Part shown: piece by piece, positions 11,886-26,115 of the stretch | How the letters are laid out: the number at the start of each line of letters is the position of its first letter | Numbering within the stretch: position 1 is the first letter of the stretch | Assembly (NCBI GenBank): GCA_964016885.1 | Contig: OZ024741.1 | Coordinates: forward strand, 412,114,001 to 412,178,000 | DNA: 64,000 bases | Reading direction: 5' to 3' | Source of the DNA: Eledone cirrhosa | Taxonomy: Eukaryota | Translations under genes and position numbers: made by a program | Notes under the pieces: model-generated | Told to the model about the DNA's origin: nothing | The model's database searches: none | Seen by the model: only the letters and a program-made list of their open reading frames with translations

Positions 11886-12625
11886 TTCTAATATAAGATA
11901 CTGTCTATGTTGTTTAACCCTTTCATTACCATATTTCTAAATGAAAGACACTGACTATGTTGGTTAACCCTTTCATTACCATATTTCTAATGAAAGACAC
12001 TGTCTATGTTGTTAAACTTTTTCATTACCATATTTCTAATGAAAGACACTGTCTCTATTGTTTAACCCTTTCATTACCATATTTCTAATGTAAGACACTG
12101 TCTATGTTGTTTAACCTTTTCATTACCATATTTCTAATGAAAAACACTGTCTATGTTATTTAAACCTTTCATTACCATATTTCTAATGGAAGACACTGTC
12201 TATGTTGTTTAACCCTTTCATTACCATATTTCTAATGAAAAACACTGTCTATGTTATTTAAACCTTTCATTACCATATTTCTAATGGAAGACACTGTCTA
12301 TGTTGTTTAACCCTTTCATTACCATATTTCTAATGTAAGGGACTATCTATGTTGTTTAACCCTTTCATTACCATATTTCTAATGAAAGACACTATCTATG
12401 TTGTTTAACACTTTCATTACCATATTTCTAATGAAAGACACTGTCTATGTTGTTTAACCCTTTCATTACCATATTTCTAATGAAAGACACTGTTTATGTT
12501 GTTTAACCGTTTCATTACCATATTTCTAATGTAAGACACTGTCTATGTTGTTTAACTCTTTCATTAACATATTTCTAACGTAAGTCACTGTCTATGTTGT
12601 TTAACCCTTTCATTACTATATTTCT
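11886..12625. repeat. 49-bp satellite spacer between LINE copies 2 and 3 (~15 monomers)
   Basis: Same consensus; 740 bp. It starts and ends with the same variant monomers as the 8531-10394 spacer but lacks its middle. Confidence 0.99.
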
Positions 12626-13812
12626 GGTGGGCTCTTAGAAAACTAGGAGTAGATGAATGGCTTGTGAAAGCGGTACAAGCCATGTATAGGGGAGCAGTCA
12701 GCAAAGTTAGGATTGGCAATGAGTATAGCGAGCAATTTAGCGTACAGGTTGGGGTCCACCAGGGCTCTGTTCTTAGCCCTCTCCTGTTCATCATAGTCCT
12801 GCAGGCAATAACGGAGGAGTTTAAGACCGGATGCCCATGGGAACTCCTGTATGCTGATGACCTCGCACTCATAGCTGAATCTATGGTAGAACTAGAGAAT
12901 AAATTCCAAACCTGGAAGCAGGGACTAGAGAGAAAGGGCCTCAAAGTCAACATGACAAAGACTAAGGTCCTTATAAGTAGACGAGAAAACAGAACCCAGA
13001 TCCCCTCAGGGAAATGGCCTTGCTCAGTATGTAGGAAAGGTGTAGGTAGGAACTCCATTCTCTGCCCCAAATGCAACCAATGGGTACACAAGAGATGTAG
13101 CGGGATCTCAGGAAGCTTAATTAAGAATGTAGGATTCACATGCAGCAGCTGTGCTGAAACAGCAAGCAAACAGCCACAGGAAACAAGTACCACCAATCTC
13201 TGGGAGGGCCCTGTAGAAACAGTAGACAGCTTCTGCTACCTAGGTGACCGAATTAGCAACGGAGGTGGGTGCTCAGAAAGTACAATAACTAGGGTAAGAA
13301 CGGGATGGAAGAAGTTTAGGGAACTACTACCACTGCTAGCTGCAAAAGGCTTCTCCCTCAGAATGAAAGGCAGACTGTATGATGCGTGTATCCGAACAGC
13401 GATGTTGCATGGTAGTGAGACCTGGACGCTGAAGGTGGAAGACTTACGTAGATTAGAGAGAAACGAAGCCTGCATGCTCCGATGGATGTGTAACAGTAAT
13501 ATACGTGAACGACAAAGCATAAAGGAATTGAGAGAGAGACTGAGCATAAGAGGAATCAAATGCTGCGTACAGGAGAGGCGGTTACGCTGGTATGGACATG
13601 TGATGCGTATGAAGGATGACAGCTGCATAAAAAGGTGCAGAGCACTAGAAGTTGATGGAAACCGCGGAGTGGGGAGACCCAAGATGACTTGGGATGAGGT
13701 GATAAAAGCCGACCTTACCCAACTACACCTCTCAAAGTCAATGACACACGACCGTGACTTCTGGCGTCACGCAGTAATACAGGGTACCCGACCTCCCATG
13801 GGTACATGCTGA
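12625..13812 (+). pseudogene. ORF2 fragment (RT + PHD), copy 3
   Basis: One amino-acid difference from copies 1 and 2 in the ORF track. Confidence 0.93.
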
Positions 13813-14115
13813 AGCATATAAACAATATGCCCCCCCCCCCCACCGCAAGGTGGTCGTGGAGGTGCCACGGCAAAAAAGCACCCAGCCCACACTGTAAAGT
13901 GGACGTGTAGGCGCCACGAAAAAGCACCCAGCACTCACTGTAAATGAGGTTGGTGTTAGGAAGGGCATCCAGCTGTAGAAATCAAGCCAGATCAGTTCCT
14001 GTATGAGCAAGGCATGGTCAGCCGACCAGACACTGCCCACAACAGGACAACCCGTCTAACCCATGCTAGCGTGGAAGAACGGACGTAAAACGGTGATGAT
14101 GATGATGATGATGAT
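12626..14115 (+). mobile_element. 5'-truncated RTE LINE, copy 3
   Basis: Same junctions at offset +5585 from copy 1; private G>A at 13426 (Ala>Thr, SETWA>SETWT). Confidence 0.95.
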
Positions 14116-16699
14116 TTCTAATATAAGATACTGTCTATGTTGTTTAACCCTTTCATTACCATATTTCTAAATGAAAGACACTGACTATGTTGGTTAACCC
14201 TTTCATTACCATATTTCTAATGAAAGACACTGTCTATGTTGTTAAACTTTTTCATTACCATATTTCTAATGAAAGACACTGTCTCTATTGTTTAACCCTT
14301 TCATTACCATATTTCTAATGTAAGACACTGTCTATGTTGTTTAACCTTTTCATTACCATATTTCTAATGAAAAACACTGTCTATGTTATTTAAACCTTTC
14401 ATTACCATATTTCTAATGGAAGACACTGTCTATGTTGTTTAACCCTTTCATTACCATATTTCTAATGAAAGACACTGTCTATGTTGTTTAACCCTTTCAT
14501 TACCATATTTCTAATGTAAGACACTGTCTATGTTGTTTAACTCTTTCATTACCATATTTCTAACGTAAGACACTGTCTATGTTGTTTAACCCTTTCATTT
14601 CCATATTTCTAATGTAAGACACTGAATATGTTGTTTAACCCTTTCATTACCATATTTCTAATGAAAGACACTCTGTATGTTGTTGAACCCTTTAATTACC
14701 ATATTTCTAATGTAAGACACTGTCTATGTTGTTTAACCTTTTCATTACCATATTTCTAATGAAAGACACTGACTATGTTGTTTAACCCTTTCATTACCAT
14801 ATTTCTAATGTAAGACACTGTCTATGTTGTTTAACCCTTTCATTACCATATTTCTAATGAAAGACACTGTCTATGTTGTTTAACCCTTTCATTACCATAT
14901 TTCTAATGTAAGACACAGTCTATGTTGTTTAACCCTTTCATTACCATAATTCTAATGAAAGACACTGTCTATGTCTTTAAGCTTGCATTACCATCATTCT
15001 AATGAAAGACATTGTCTATGTCTTTAAACCTTTCATTCCCATATTTCTAATGTAAGACACTGTCTATGTTGTTTAACCCTTTTAATAGCATACTTCTAAT
15101 GTAAAACACTGTCTATGTTGTTTAACCCTTTCATTACCATATTTCTAATGAAAGACACTGTCTATGTTGTTTAACACTTTCATTACCATATTTCTAATGT
15201 AAGACACTGTCTATGTTGTTTAACCCTTTCATTACCATATTTCTAATGAAAGACACTCTGTATGTTGTTTAACCCTTTCATTACCATATTTCTAATGAAA
15301 GACACTCTGTATGTTGTTTAACTTTTTCTTTACCATATTTCTAATGTAAGACACTGTCTATGTTGTTTAACCCATTCATTAACATATTTCCAATGAAAGA
15401 AACTGTCTAACTTGTTTAACCCTTTAATTACCATATTTCTAATGTAAGACACTGTCTATGTTGTTTAACCCTTTCATTACCATATTTCTAATGTAAGACA
15501 CTCTGTATGTTGCTTAACCTTTTCTTTACCATATTTCAAATGAATGACACTGTATGTGTCGTGTAACCATTTCATTACCATATTTCTAATGAAAGACACT
15601 CTGTATGTTGCTTAACCTTTTCTTTACCATATTTCAAATGAATGACACTGTATATGTCGTGTAACCATTTCATTACCATATTTCTAATGTAAGACACTGT
15701 CTATGTTCTTTATCCCTTTAATTACCATATTTCTGATGTAAGACACTGTTTATGTTGTTTAACCTTTTCATTACCATATTTCTAATGTAAGACACGATTT
15801 ATCTTGTTTAACCCTTTCATTACCATATTTCTAAGGAAAGACACTATCTATGTTGTTTAACACTTTCATTACCATATTTCTAATGAAAGACACTGTCTAT
15901 GTTGTTTAACGCTTTCATTACCATATTTCTAATGAAAGACACTATCTATGTTGTTTAACCCTTTCATTAATATATTTCTAATTAAAGACACTGTCTATGT
16001 TGTTTAACCATTTCATTACCATATTTCTAACGTAAGACACTGTCTATGTTGTTTAACCCTTTCATTACTATATTTCTAATATAAGATACTGTCTATGTTG
16101 TTTAACCCTTTCATTACCATATTTCTAATGAAAGACACTGACTATGTTGTTTAACCCTTTCATTACCATATTTCTAATGTAAGACACTGTCTCAATTGTT
16201 TAACCCTTTCATTACCATATTTCTAACGTAAGACACTGTCTATGTTGTTTAACCCTTTCATTACCATATTTCTAATGTAAGGTACTGTCTATGTTGTTTA
16301 ACCCTTTCATTACCATATTTCTAATGAAAGACACTGTCTATGTTGTTTAACACTTTTATTACCATATTTCTAATGAAAGACACTGTCTATGTTGTTTAAC
16401 ACTTTTATTACCATATTTCTAATGAAAGACACTCTCTATGTTGTTTAACCCTTTCATTACCATATTTCTAATGAAAGACACTGTCTATGTTGTTGAACCC
16501 TTTCATTACTATATTTCTAATGAAAGACACTGTCTATGTTGTTTAACCCTTTAATTACCATATTTCTAATGTAAGACACTGTCTATGTTGTTTAACCATT
16601 TCATTACCATATTTCTAATGAAAGACACTCTGTATGTTGTTAAACCCTTTAATTACCATATTTCTAATGTAAGACACTGTCTATGTTGTTTAACCCTTT

Positions 16700-19600
16700 C
16701 ATTACCATATTTCTAATGAAAGACACTGTCTATGTTGTTTAACCCTTTCATTACCATATTTCTAATGTAAGACACTGTCTATGTTGTTTAACTCTTTCAT
16801 TACCATATTTCTAACGTAAGACACTGTCTATGTTGTTTAACCCTTTCATTTCCATATTTCTAATGAAAGACACTGTCTATGTTGTTGAACCCTTTAATTA
16901 CCATATTTCTAATGTAAGACACTGTCTATGTTGTTTAACCTTTTCATTACCATATTTCTAATGTAAGACACTGTCTATGTTGTTTAACACTTTCATTACC
17001 ATATTTCTAATGTAAGGCACTGTCTATGTTGTTTAACCCTTTCATTACCATATTTCTAATGAAAGACACTGTTTATGTTGTTTAACCCTTTCATTACCAT
17101 ATTTCTAATGTAAGACACTGTCTATGTTGTTTAACCCTTTCATTACCATCATTCTAATGAAAGACACTGTCTATGTCTTTAAGCTTGCATTACCATCATT
17201 CTAATGAAAGACATTGTCTATGTCTTTAAACCTTTCATTCCCATATTTCTAATGTAAGATACTGTCTATGTTGTTTAACCCTTTTAATAGCATACTTCTA
17301 ATGTAAAACACTGTCTATGTTGTTTAACCCTTTCATTACCATATTTCTAATGAAAGACACTGTCTATGTTGTTTAACCCTTTCATTACCATATTTCTAAT
17401 GAAAGACACTCTGTATGTTGCTTAACCTTTTCTTTACCATATTTCTAATGAAAGACACTCTCTATGTTGTTTAACCCTTTCATTACCATATTTCTAATGA
17501 AAGACACTCTGTATGTTGTTTAACTTTTTCTTTACCATATTTCTAATGTAAGACACTGTCTATGTTGTTTAACCCATTCATTAACATATTTCCAATGAAA
17601 GAAACTGTCAAACTTGTTTAACCCTTTAATTACCATATTTCTAATGTAAGACACTGTCTATGTTGTTTGACCCTTTCATTACCATATTTCTAATGTAAGA
17701 CACTCTGTATGTTGCTTAACCTTTTCTTTACCATATTTCAAATGAATGACACTGTATATGTCGTGTAACCATTTCATTACCATATTTCTAATGAAAGACA
17801 CTCTGTATGTTGCTTAACCTTTTCTTTACCATATTTCAAATGAATGACACTGTATATGTCGTGTAACCATTTCATTACCATATTTCTAATGTAAGACACT
17901 GTCTATGTTCTTTATCCCTTTAATTACCATATTTCTGATGTAAGACACTGTTTATGTTGTTTAACCTTTTCATTACCATATTTCTAATGTAAGACACGAT
18001 CTATGTTGTTTAACCCTTTCATTACCATATTTCTAAGGAAAGACACTATCTATGTTGTTTAACACTTTCATTACCATATTTCTAATGAAAGACACTGTCT
18101 ATGTTGTTTAACGCTTTCATTACCATATTTTTAATGAAAGACACTATCTATGTTGTTTAACCCTTTCATTAATATATTTCTAATTAAAGACACTGTCTAT
18201 GTTGTTTAACCATTTCATTACCATATTTCTAACGTAAGACACTGTCTATGTTGTTTAACCCTTTCATTACTATATTTCTAATATAAGATACTGTCTATGT
18301 TGTTTAACCCTTTCATTACCATATTTCTAATGAAAGACACTGACTATGTTGTTTAACCCTTTCATTACCATATTTCTAATGTAAGACACTGTCTATGTTG
18401 TTTAAGCCTTTCATTACCATATTTCTAATGAAAGACACTGTCTCAATTGTTTAACCCTTTCATTACCATATTTCTAACGTAAGACATTGTCTATGTTGTT
18501 TAACCCTTTCATTACCATATTTCTAATCTAAGGTACTGTCTATGTTGTTTAACCCTTTCATTACCATCATTCTAATGAAAGACACTGTCTATGTCTTTAA
18601 GCTTGCATTACCATCATTCTAATGAAAGACATTGTCTATGTCTTTAAACCTTTCATTCCCATATTTCTAATGTAAGACACTGTCTATGTTGTTTAACCCT
18701 TTCAATAGCATACTTCTAATGTAAGACACTGTCTATGTTGTTTAACCCTTTCATTACTATATTTCTAATGAAAGACACTGTCTATGTTGTTTAACACTTT
18801 CATTACCATATTTCTAATATAAGATACTGTCTATGTCTTTAAGCTTTCATTACCATCATTCTAATGAAAGACATTGTCTATGTCTTTAACCCTTTCATTT
18901 CCATATTTCTAATTTAAGACACTGTCTATGTTGTTTAACTCTTTCAATACCATACTTCTAATGTAAGACACTGTCTATGTTGTTTAACCCTTTCATTACC
19001 ATATTTCTAATGTAAGACACTGTCTACGTTGTTTAACCCTTTCATTACCATATTTCTAATGTAAGATACTCTCTATGTTGTTTAACCCTTTCATTACCAT
19101 ATTTCTAATGAAAGACACTGTCTATGTTGTTTAACCCTTTCACTACCATATTTCTAATGTAAGAAACTCTCTATGTTGTTTAACCCTTTCATTACCATAT
19201 TTCTAATGAAAGACACTGTCTATGTTGTTTAACCCTTTCATTACCATATTTATAATGAAAGACACTGTCTATGTTGTTTAACCCTTTCATTACTATATTT
19301 CTAATGAAAGACACTGTCTATGTTGTTTAACCATTTCATTACCATATTTCTAATGTAAGACACTGTCTATGTTGTTTAACCCTTTCATTACCATATTTCT
19401 AATGAAAGACACTGTCTATGTTGTTTAACCCTTTCATTACCATATTTGTAATGAAAGACACTGTCTATGTTGTTTAACCCTTTCATTACTATATTTCTAA
19501 TGAAAGACACTGTCTATGTTGTTTAACCCTTTAATTACCATATTTCTAATGTAAGACACTGTCTATGTTGTTTAACCCTTTAATTACCATATTTCTAATG

Positions 19601-22600
19601 TAAGACACTGTCTATGTTGTTTAACCCTTTCATTACCATATTTCTAATGAAAGACACTCTGTATGTTGTTGAACCCTTTAATTACCATATTTCTAATGTA
19701 AGACACTGTCTATGTTGTTTAACCCTTTCATTACCATATTTCTAATGAAAGACACTGTCTATGTTGTTTAACCCTTTCATTACCATATTTCTAATGTAAG
19801 ACACTCTCTATGTTGTTTAACCCTTTCACTACCAGACTTCTAATGAAAAACACTGTCTATGTTATTTAACCCTTTCATTACCATATTTCTAATGTAAGAC
19901 ACTGTCTAAGTTGTTTAACCCTTTAATTACCATATTTCTAATGTAAGACATTGTCTATGTTGTTTAACCCTTTCATTACCATATTTGTAATGAAAGACAC
20001 TGTCTATGTTGTTTAACCCTTTCATTACAATTTTTCTAATGTAAGACACTATCTATGTTGTTTAATCCTTTCATTATCATATTTCTAATGTAAGACACTG
20101 TATATGTCGTTTAACACTTTCATCATCATATTTCTAATGTAAGAAACTGTCTATATTGTTTATCCCTTTCAATACCACATTTCTAATGTAAGACACTGTC
20201 TATGTTGTTTAACCCTTTCATTACCATATTTCTAATGAAAGACACTCTCTATGTTGTTTAACCCTTTCATTACCATATTTCTAATGATAGACGCTGTCTA
20301 TGTTGTTTAACCCTTTCATTACCATATTTGTAATGAAAGACACTGTCTATGTTGTTTAACCCTTTCATTACTATATTTCTAATGAAAGACACTGTCTATG
20401 TTGTTTAACACTTTCATTACCATATTTCTAATGAAAGACACTCTCTATGTTGTTTAACCCTTTCATTACCATATTTCTAATGAAAGACACTCTCTATGTT
20501 GTTTAACCCTTTCACTACCATATTTCTAATGTAAGAAACTCTCTATGTTGTTTAACCCTTTCATTACCATATTTCTAATGAAAGACACTGTCTATGTTGT
20601 TGAACCCTTTCATTACTATATTTCTAATGAAAGACACTGTCTATGTTGTTTAACCCTTTAATTACCATATTTCTAATGTAAGACACTGTCTATGTTGTTT
20701 AACCATTTCATTACCATATTTCTAATGAAAGACACTCTGTATGTTGTTGAACCATTTAATTACCATATTTCTAATGTAAGACACTGTCTATGTTGTTTAA
20801 CCTTTTCATTACCATATTTCTAATGAAAGACAGTGACTATGTTTTTTAACCCTTTCATTACCATATTTCTAATGTAAGACACTGTCTATGTTGTTTAACC
20901 CTTTCATTACCAGACTTCTAATGAAAAACACTGTCTATGTTATTTAAACCTTTCATTACCATATTTCTAATGTAAGACACTGTCTATGTTGTTTAACCCT
21001 TTCATTACCATATTTCTAATGAAAGACACTGTCTATGTTGTTTAACCCTTTCATTACCATATTTCTAATGTAAGACACTGTCTATGTTGTTTAACTCTTT
21101 CATTACCATATTTTTAACGTAAGACACTGTCTATGTTGTTTAACCCTTTCATTTCCATATTTCTAATGAAAGACACTATCTATGTTGTTTAACCATTTCA
21201 TTACCATATTTCTAACGTAAGACACTGTCTATGTTGTTTAACCCTTTCATTACTATATTTCTAATATAAGATACTGTCTATGTTGTTTAACCCTTTCATT
21301 ACCATATTTCTAATGAATGACACTGACTATGTTGTTTAACCCTTTCATTACCATATTTCTAATGTAAGACACTGTCTATGTTGTTTAAGCCTTTCATTAC
21401 CATATTTCTAATGAAAGACACTGTCTATGTTGTTTAACCCTTTCATTACCATATTTCTAATGTAAGACACTGTCTATGTTGTTTAACTCTTTCATTACCA
21501 TATTTCTAACGTAAGACACTGTCTATGTTGTTTAACCCTTTCATTTCCATATTTCTAATGAAAGACACTGTCTATGTTGTTGAACCCTTTAATTACCATA
21601 TTTCTAATGTAAGACACTGTCTATGTTGTTTAACCTTTTCATTACCATATTTCTAATGTAAGACACTGTCTATGTTGTTTAACACTTTCATTACCATATT
21701 TCTAATGTAAGGCACTGTCTATGTTGTTTAACCCTTTCATTACCATATTTCTAATGAAAGACACTGTTTATGTTGTTTAACCCTTTCATTACCATATTTC
21801 TAATGTAAGACACTGTCTATGTTGTTTAACCCTTTCATTACCATCATTCTAATGAAAGACACTGTCTATGTCTTTAAGCTTGCATTACCATCATTCTAAT
21901 GAAAGACATTGTCTATGTCTTTAAACCTTTCATTCCCATATTTCTAATGTAAGATACTGTCTATGTTGTTTAACCCTTTTAATAGCATACTTCTAATGTA
22001 AAACACTGTCTATGTTGTTTAACCCTTTCATTACCATATTTCTAATGAAAGACACTGTCTATGTTGTTTAACCCTTTCATTACCATATTTCTAATGAAAG
22101 ACACTCTGTATGTTGCTTAACCTTTTCTTTACCATATTTCTAATGAAAGACACTCTCTATGTTGTTTAACCCTTTCATTACCATATTTCTAATGAAAGAC
22201 ACTCTGTATGTTGTTTAACTTTTTCTTTACCATATTTCTAATGTAAGACACTGTCTATGTTGTTTAACCCATTCATTAACATATTTCCAATGAAAGAAAC
22301 TGTCAAACTTGTTTAACCCTTTAATTACCATATTTCTAATGTAAGACACTGTCTATGTTGTTTGACCCTTTCATTACCATATTTCTAATGTAAGACACTC
22401 TGTATGTTGCTTAACCTTTTCTTTACCATATTTCAAATGAATGACACTGTATATGTCGTGTAACCATTTCATTACCATATTTCTAATGAAAGACACTCTG
22501 TATGTTGCTTAACCTTTTCTTTACCATATTTCAAATGAATGACACTGTATATGTCGTGTAACCATTTCATTACCATATTTCTAATGTAAGACACTGTCTA

Positions 22601-25600
22601 TGTTCTTTATCCCTTTAATTACCATATTTCTGATGTAAGACACTGTTTATGTTGTTTAACCTTTTCATTACCATATTTCTAATGTAAGACACGATCTATG
22701 TTGTTTAACCCTTTCATTACCATATTTCTAAGGAAAGACACTATCTATGTTGTTTAACACTTTCATTACCATATTTCTAATGAAAGACACTGTCTATGTT
22801 GTTTAACGCTTTCATTACCATATTTTTAATGAAAGACACTATCTATGTTGTTTAACCCTTTCATTAATATATTTCTAATTAAAGACACTGTCTATGTTGT
22901 TTAACCATTTCATTACCATATTTCTAACGTAAGACACTGTCTATGTTGTTTAACCCTTTCATTACTATATTTCTAATATAAGATACTGTCTATGTTGTTT
23001 AACCCTTTCATTACCATATTTCTAATGAAAGACACTGACTATGTTGTTTAACCCTTTCATTACCATATTTCTAATGTAAGACACTGTCTATGTTGTTTAA
23101 GCCTTTCATTACCATATTTCTAATGAAAGACACTGTCTCAATTGTTTAACCCTTTCATTACCATATTTCTAACGTAAGACATTGTCTATGTTGTTTAACC
23201 CTTTCATTACCATATTTCTAATCTAAGGTACTGTCTATGTTGTTTAACCCTTTCATTACCATCATTCTAATGAAAGACACTGTCTATGTCTTTAAGCTTG
23301 CATTACCATCATTCTAATGAAAGACATTGTCTATGTCTTTAAACCTTTCATTCCCATATTTCTAATGTAAGACACTGTCTATGTTGTTTAACCCTTTCAA
23401 TAGCATACTTCTAATGTAAGACACTGTCTATGTTGTTTAACCCTTTCATTACTATATTTCTAATGAAAGACACTGTCTATGTTGTTTAACACTTTCATTA
23501 CCATATTTCTAATATAAGATACTGTCTATGTCTTTAAGCTTTCATTACCATCATTCTAATGAAAGACATTGTCTATGTCTTTAACCCTTTCATTTCCATA
23601 TTTCTAATTTAAGACACTGTCTATGTTGTTTAACTCTTTCAATACCATACTTCTAATGTAAGACACTGTCTATGTTGTTTAACCCTTTCATTACCATATT
23701 TCTAATGTAAGACACTGTCTACGTTGTTTAACCCTTTCATTACCATATTTCTAATGTAAGATACTCTCTATGTTGTTTAACCCTTTCATTACCATATTTC
23801 TAATGAAAGACACTGTCTATGTTGTTTAACCCTTTCACTACCATATTTCTAATGTAAGAAACTCTCTATGTTGTTTAACCCTTTCATTACCATATTTCTA
23901 ATGAAAGACACTGTCTATGTTGTTTAACCCTTTCATTACCATATTTATAATGAAAGACACTGTCTATGTTGTTTAACCCTTTCATTACTATATTTCTAAT
24001 GAAAGACACTGTCTATGTTGTTTAACCATTTCATTACCATATTTCTAATGTAAGACACTGTCTATGTTGTTTAACCCTTTCATTACCATATTTCTAATGA
24101 AAGACACTGTCTATGTTGTTTAACCCTTTCATTACCATATTTGTAATGAAAGACACTGTCTATGTTGTTTAACCCTTTCATTACTATATTTCTAATGAAA
24201 GACACTGTCTATGTTGTTTAACCCTTTAATTACCATATTTCTAATGTAAGACACTGTCTATGTTGTTTAACCCTTTAATTACCATATTTCTAATGTAAGA
24301 CACTGTCTATGTTGTTTAACCCTTTCATTACCATATTTCTAATGAAAGACACTCTGTATGTTGTTGAACCCTTTAATTACCATATTTCTAATGTAAGACA
24401 CTGTCTATGTTGTTTAACCCTTTCATTACCATATTTCTAATGAAAGACACTGTCTATGTTGTTTAACCCTTTCATTACCATATTTCTAATGTAAGACACT
24501 CTCTATGTTGTTTAACCCTTTCACTACCAGACTTCTAATGAAAAACACTGTCTATGTTATTTAACCCTTTCATTACCATATTTCTAATGTAAGACACTGT
24601 CTAAGTTGTTTAACCCTTTAATTACCATATTTCTAATGTAAGACATTGTCTATGTTGTTTAACCCTTTCATTACCATATTTGTAATGAAAGACACTGTCT
24701 ATGTTGTTTAACCCTTTCATTACAATTTTTCTAATGTAAGACACTATCTATGTTGTTTAATCCTTTCATTATCATATTTCTAATGTAAGACACTGTATAT
24801 GTCGTTTAACACTTTCATCATCATATTTCTAATGTAAGAAACTGTCTATATTGTTTATCCCTTTCAATACCACATTTCTAATGTAAGACACTGTCTATGT
24901 TGTTTAACCCTTTCATTACCATATTTCTAATGAAAGACACTCTCTATGTTGTTTAACCCTTTCATTACCATATTTCTAATGATAGACGCTGTCTATGTTG
25001 TTTAACCCTTTCATTACCATATTTGTAATGAAAGACACTGTCTATGTTGTTTAACCCTTTCATTACTATATTTCTAATGAAAGACACTGTCTATGTTGTT
25101 TAACACTTTCATTACCATATTTCTAATGAAAGACACTCTCTATGTTGTTTAACCCTTTCATTACCATATTTCTAATGAAAGACACTCTCTATGTTGTTTA
25201 ACCCTTTCACTACCATATTTCTAATGTAAGAAACTCTCTATGTTGTTTAACCCTTTCATTACCATATTTCTAATGAAAGACACTGTCTATGTTGTTGAAC
25301 CCTTTCATTACTATATTTCTAATGAAAGACACTGTCTATGTTGTTTAACCCTTTAATTACCATATTTCTAATGTAAGACACTGTCTATGTTGTTTAACCA
25401 TTTCATTACCATATTTCTAATGAAAGACACTCTGTATGTTGTTGAACCATTTAATTACCATATTTCTAATGTAAGACACTGTCTATGTTGTTTAACCTTT
25501 TCATTACCATATTTCTAATGAAAGACAGTGACTATGTTTTTTAACCCTTTCATTACCATATTTCTAATGTAAGACACTGTCTATGTTGTTTAACCCTTTC

Positions 25601-26115
25601 ATTACCAGACTTCTAATGAAAAACACTGTCTATGTTATTTAAACCTTTCATTACCATATTTCTAATGTAAGACACTGTCTATGTTGTTTAACCCTTTCAT
25701 TACCATATTTCTAATGAAAGACACTGTCTATGTTGTTTAACCCTTTCATTACCATATTTCTAATGTAAGACACTGTCTATGTTGTTTAACTCTTTCATTA
25801 CCATATTTTTAACGTAAGACACTGTCTATGTTGTTTAACCCTTTCATTTCCATATTTCTAATGAAAGACACTATCTATGTTGTTTAACCATTTCATTACC
25901 ATATTTCTAACGTAAGACACTGTCTATGTTGTTTAACCCTTTCATTACTATATTTCTAATATAAGATACTGTCTATGTTGTTTAACCCTTTCATTACCAT
26001 ATTTCTAATGAAAGACACTGACTATGTTGTTTAACCCTTTCATTACCATATTTCTAATGTAAGACACTGTCTATGTTGTTTAAGCCTTTCATTACCATAT
26101 TTCTAATGAAAGACA
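16700..26115. repeat. Tandem segmental duplication within the satellite, period 4695 bp (~96 monomers)
   Basis: Rare variants recur at exactly +4695: ATCTAAGGTA 18526/23221, GATAGACGCT 20286/24981, CAGTGACT 20831/25526. Boundaries approximate. Confidence 0.85.

Noticed and set aside
7000-14040. Minus-strand ORFs (203, 148, 108, 100, 70, 65 aa)
   Set aside because: They are antisense shadows of the LINE ORF and UTR with no recognisable motifs. One runs into satellite, and the UTR ones change frame with poly-C length between copies.
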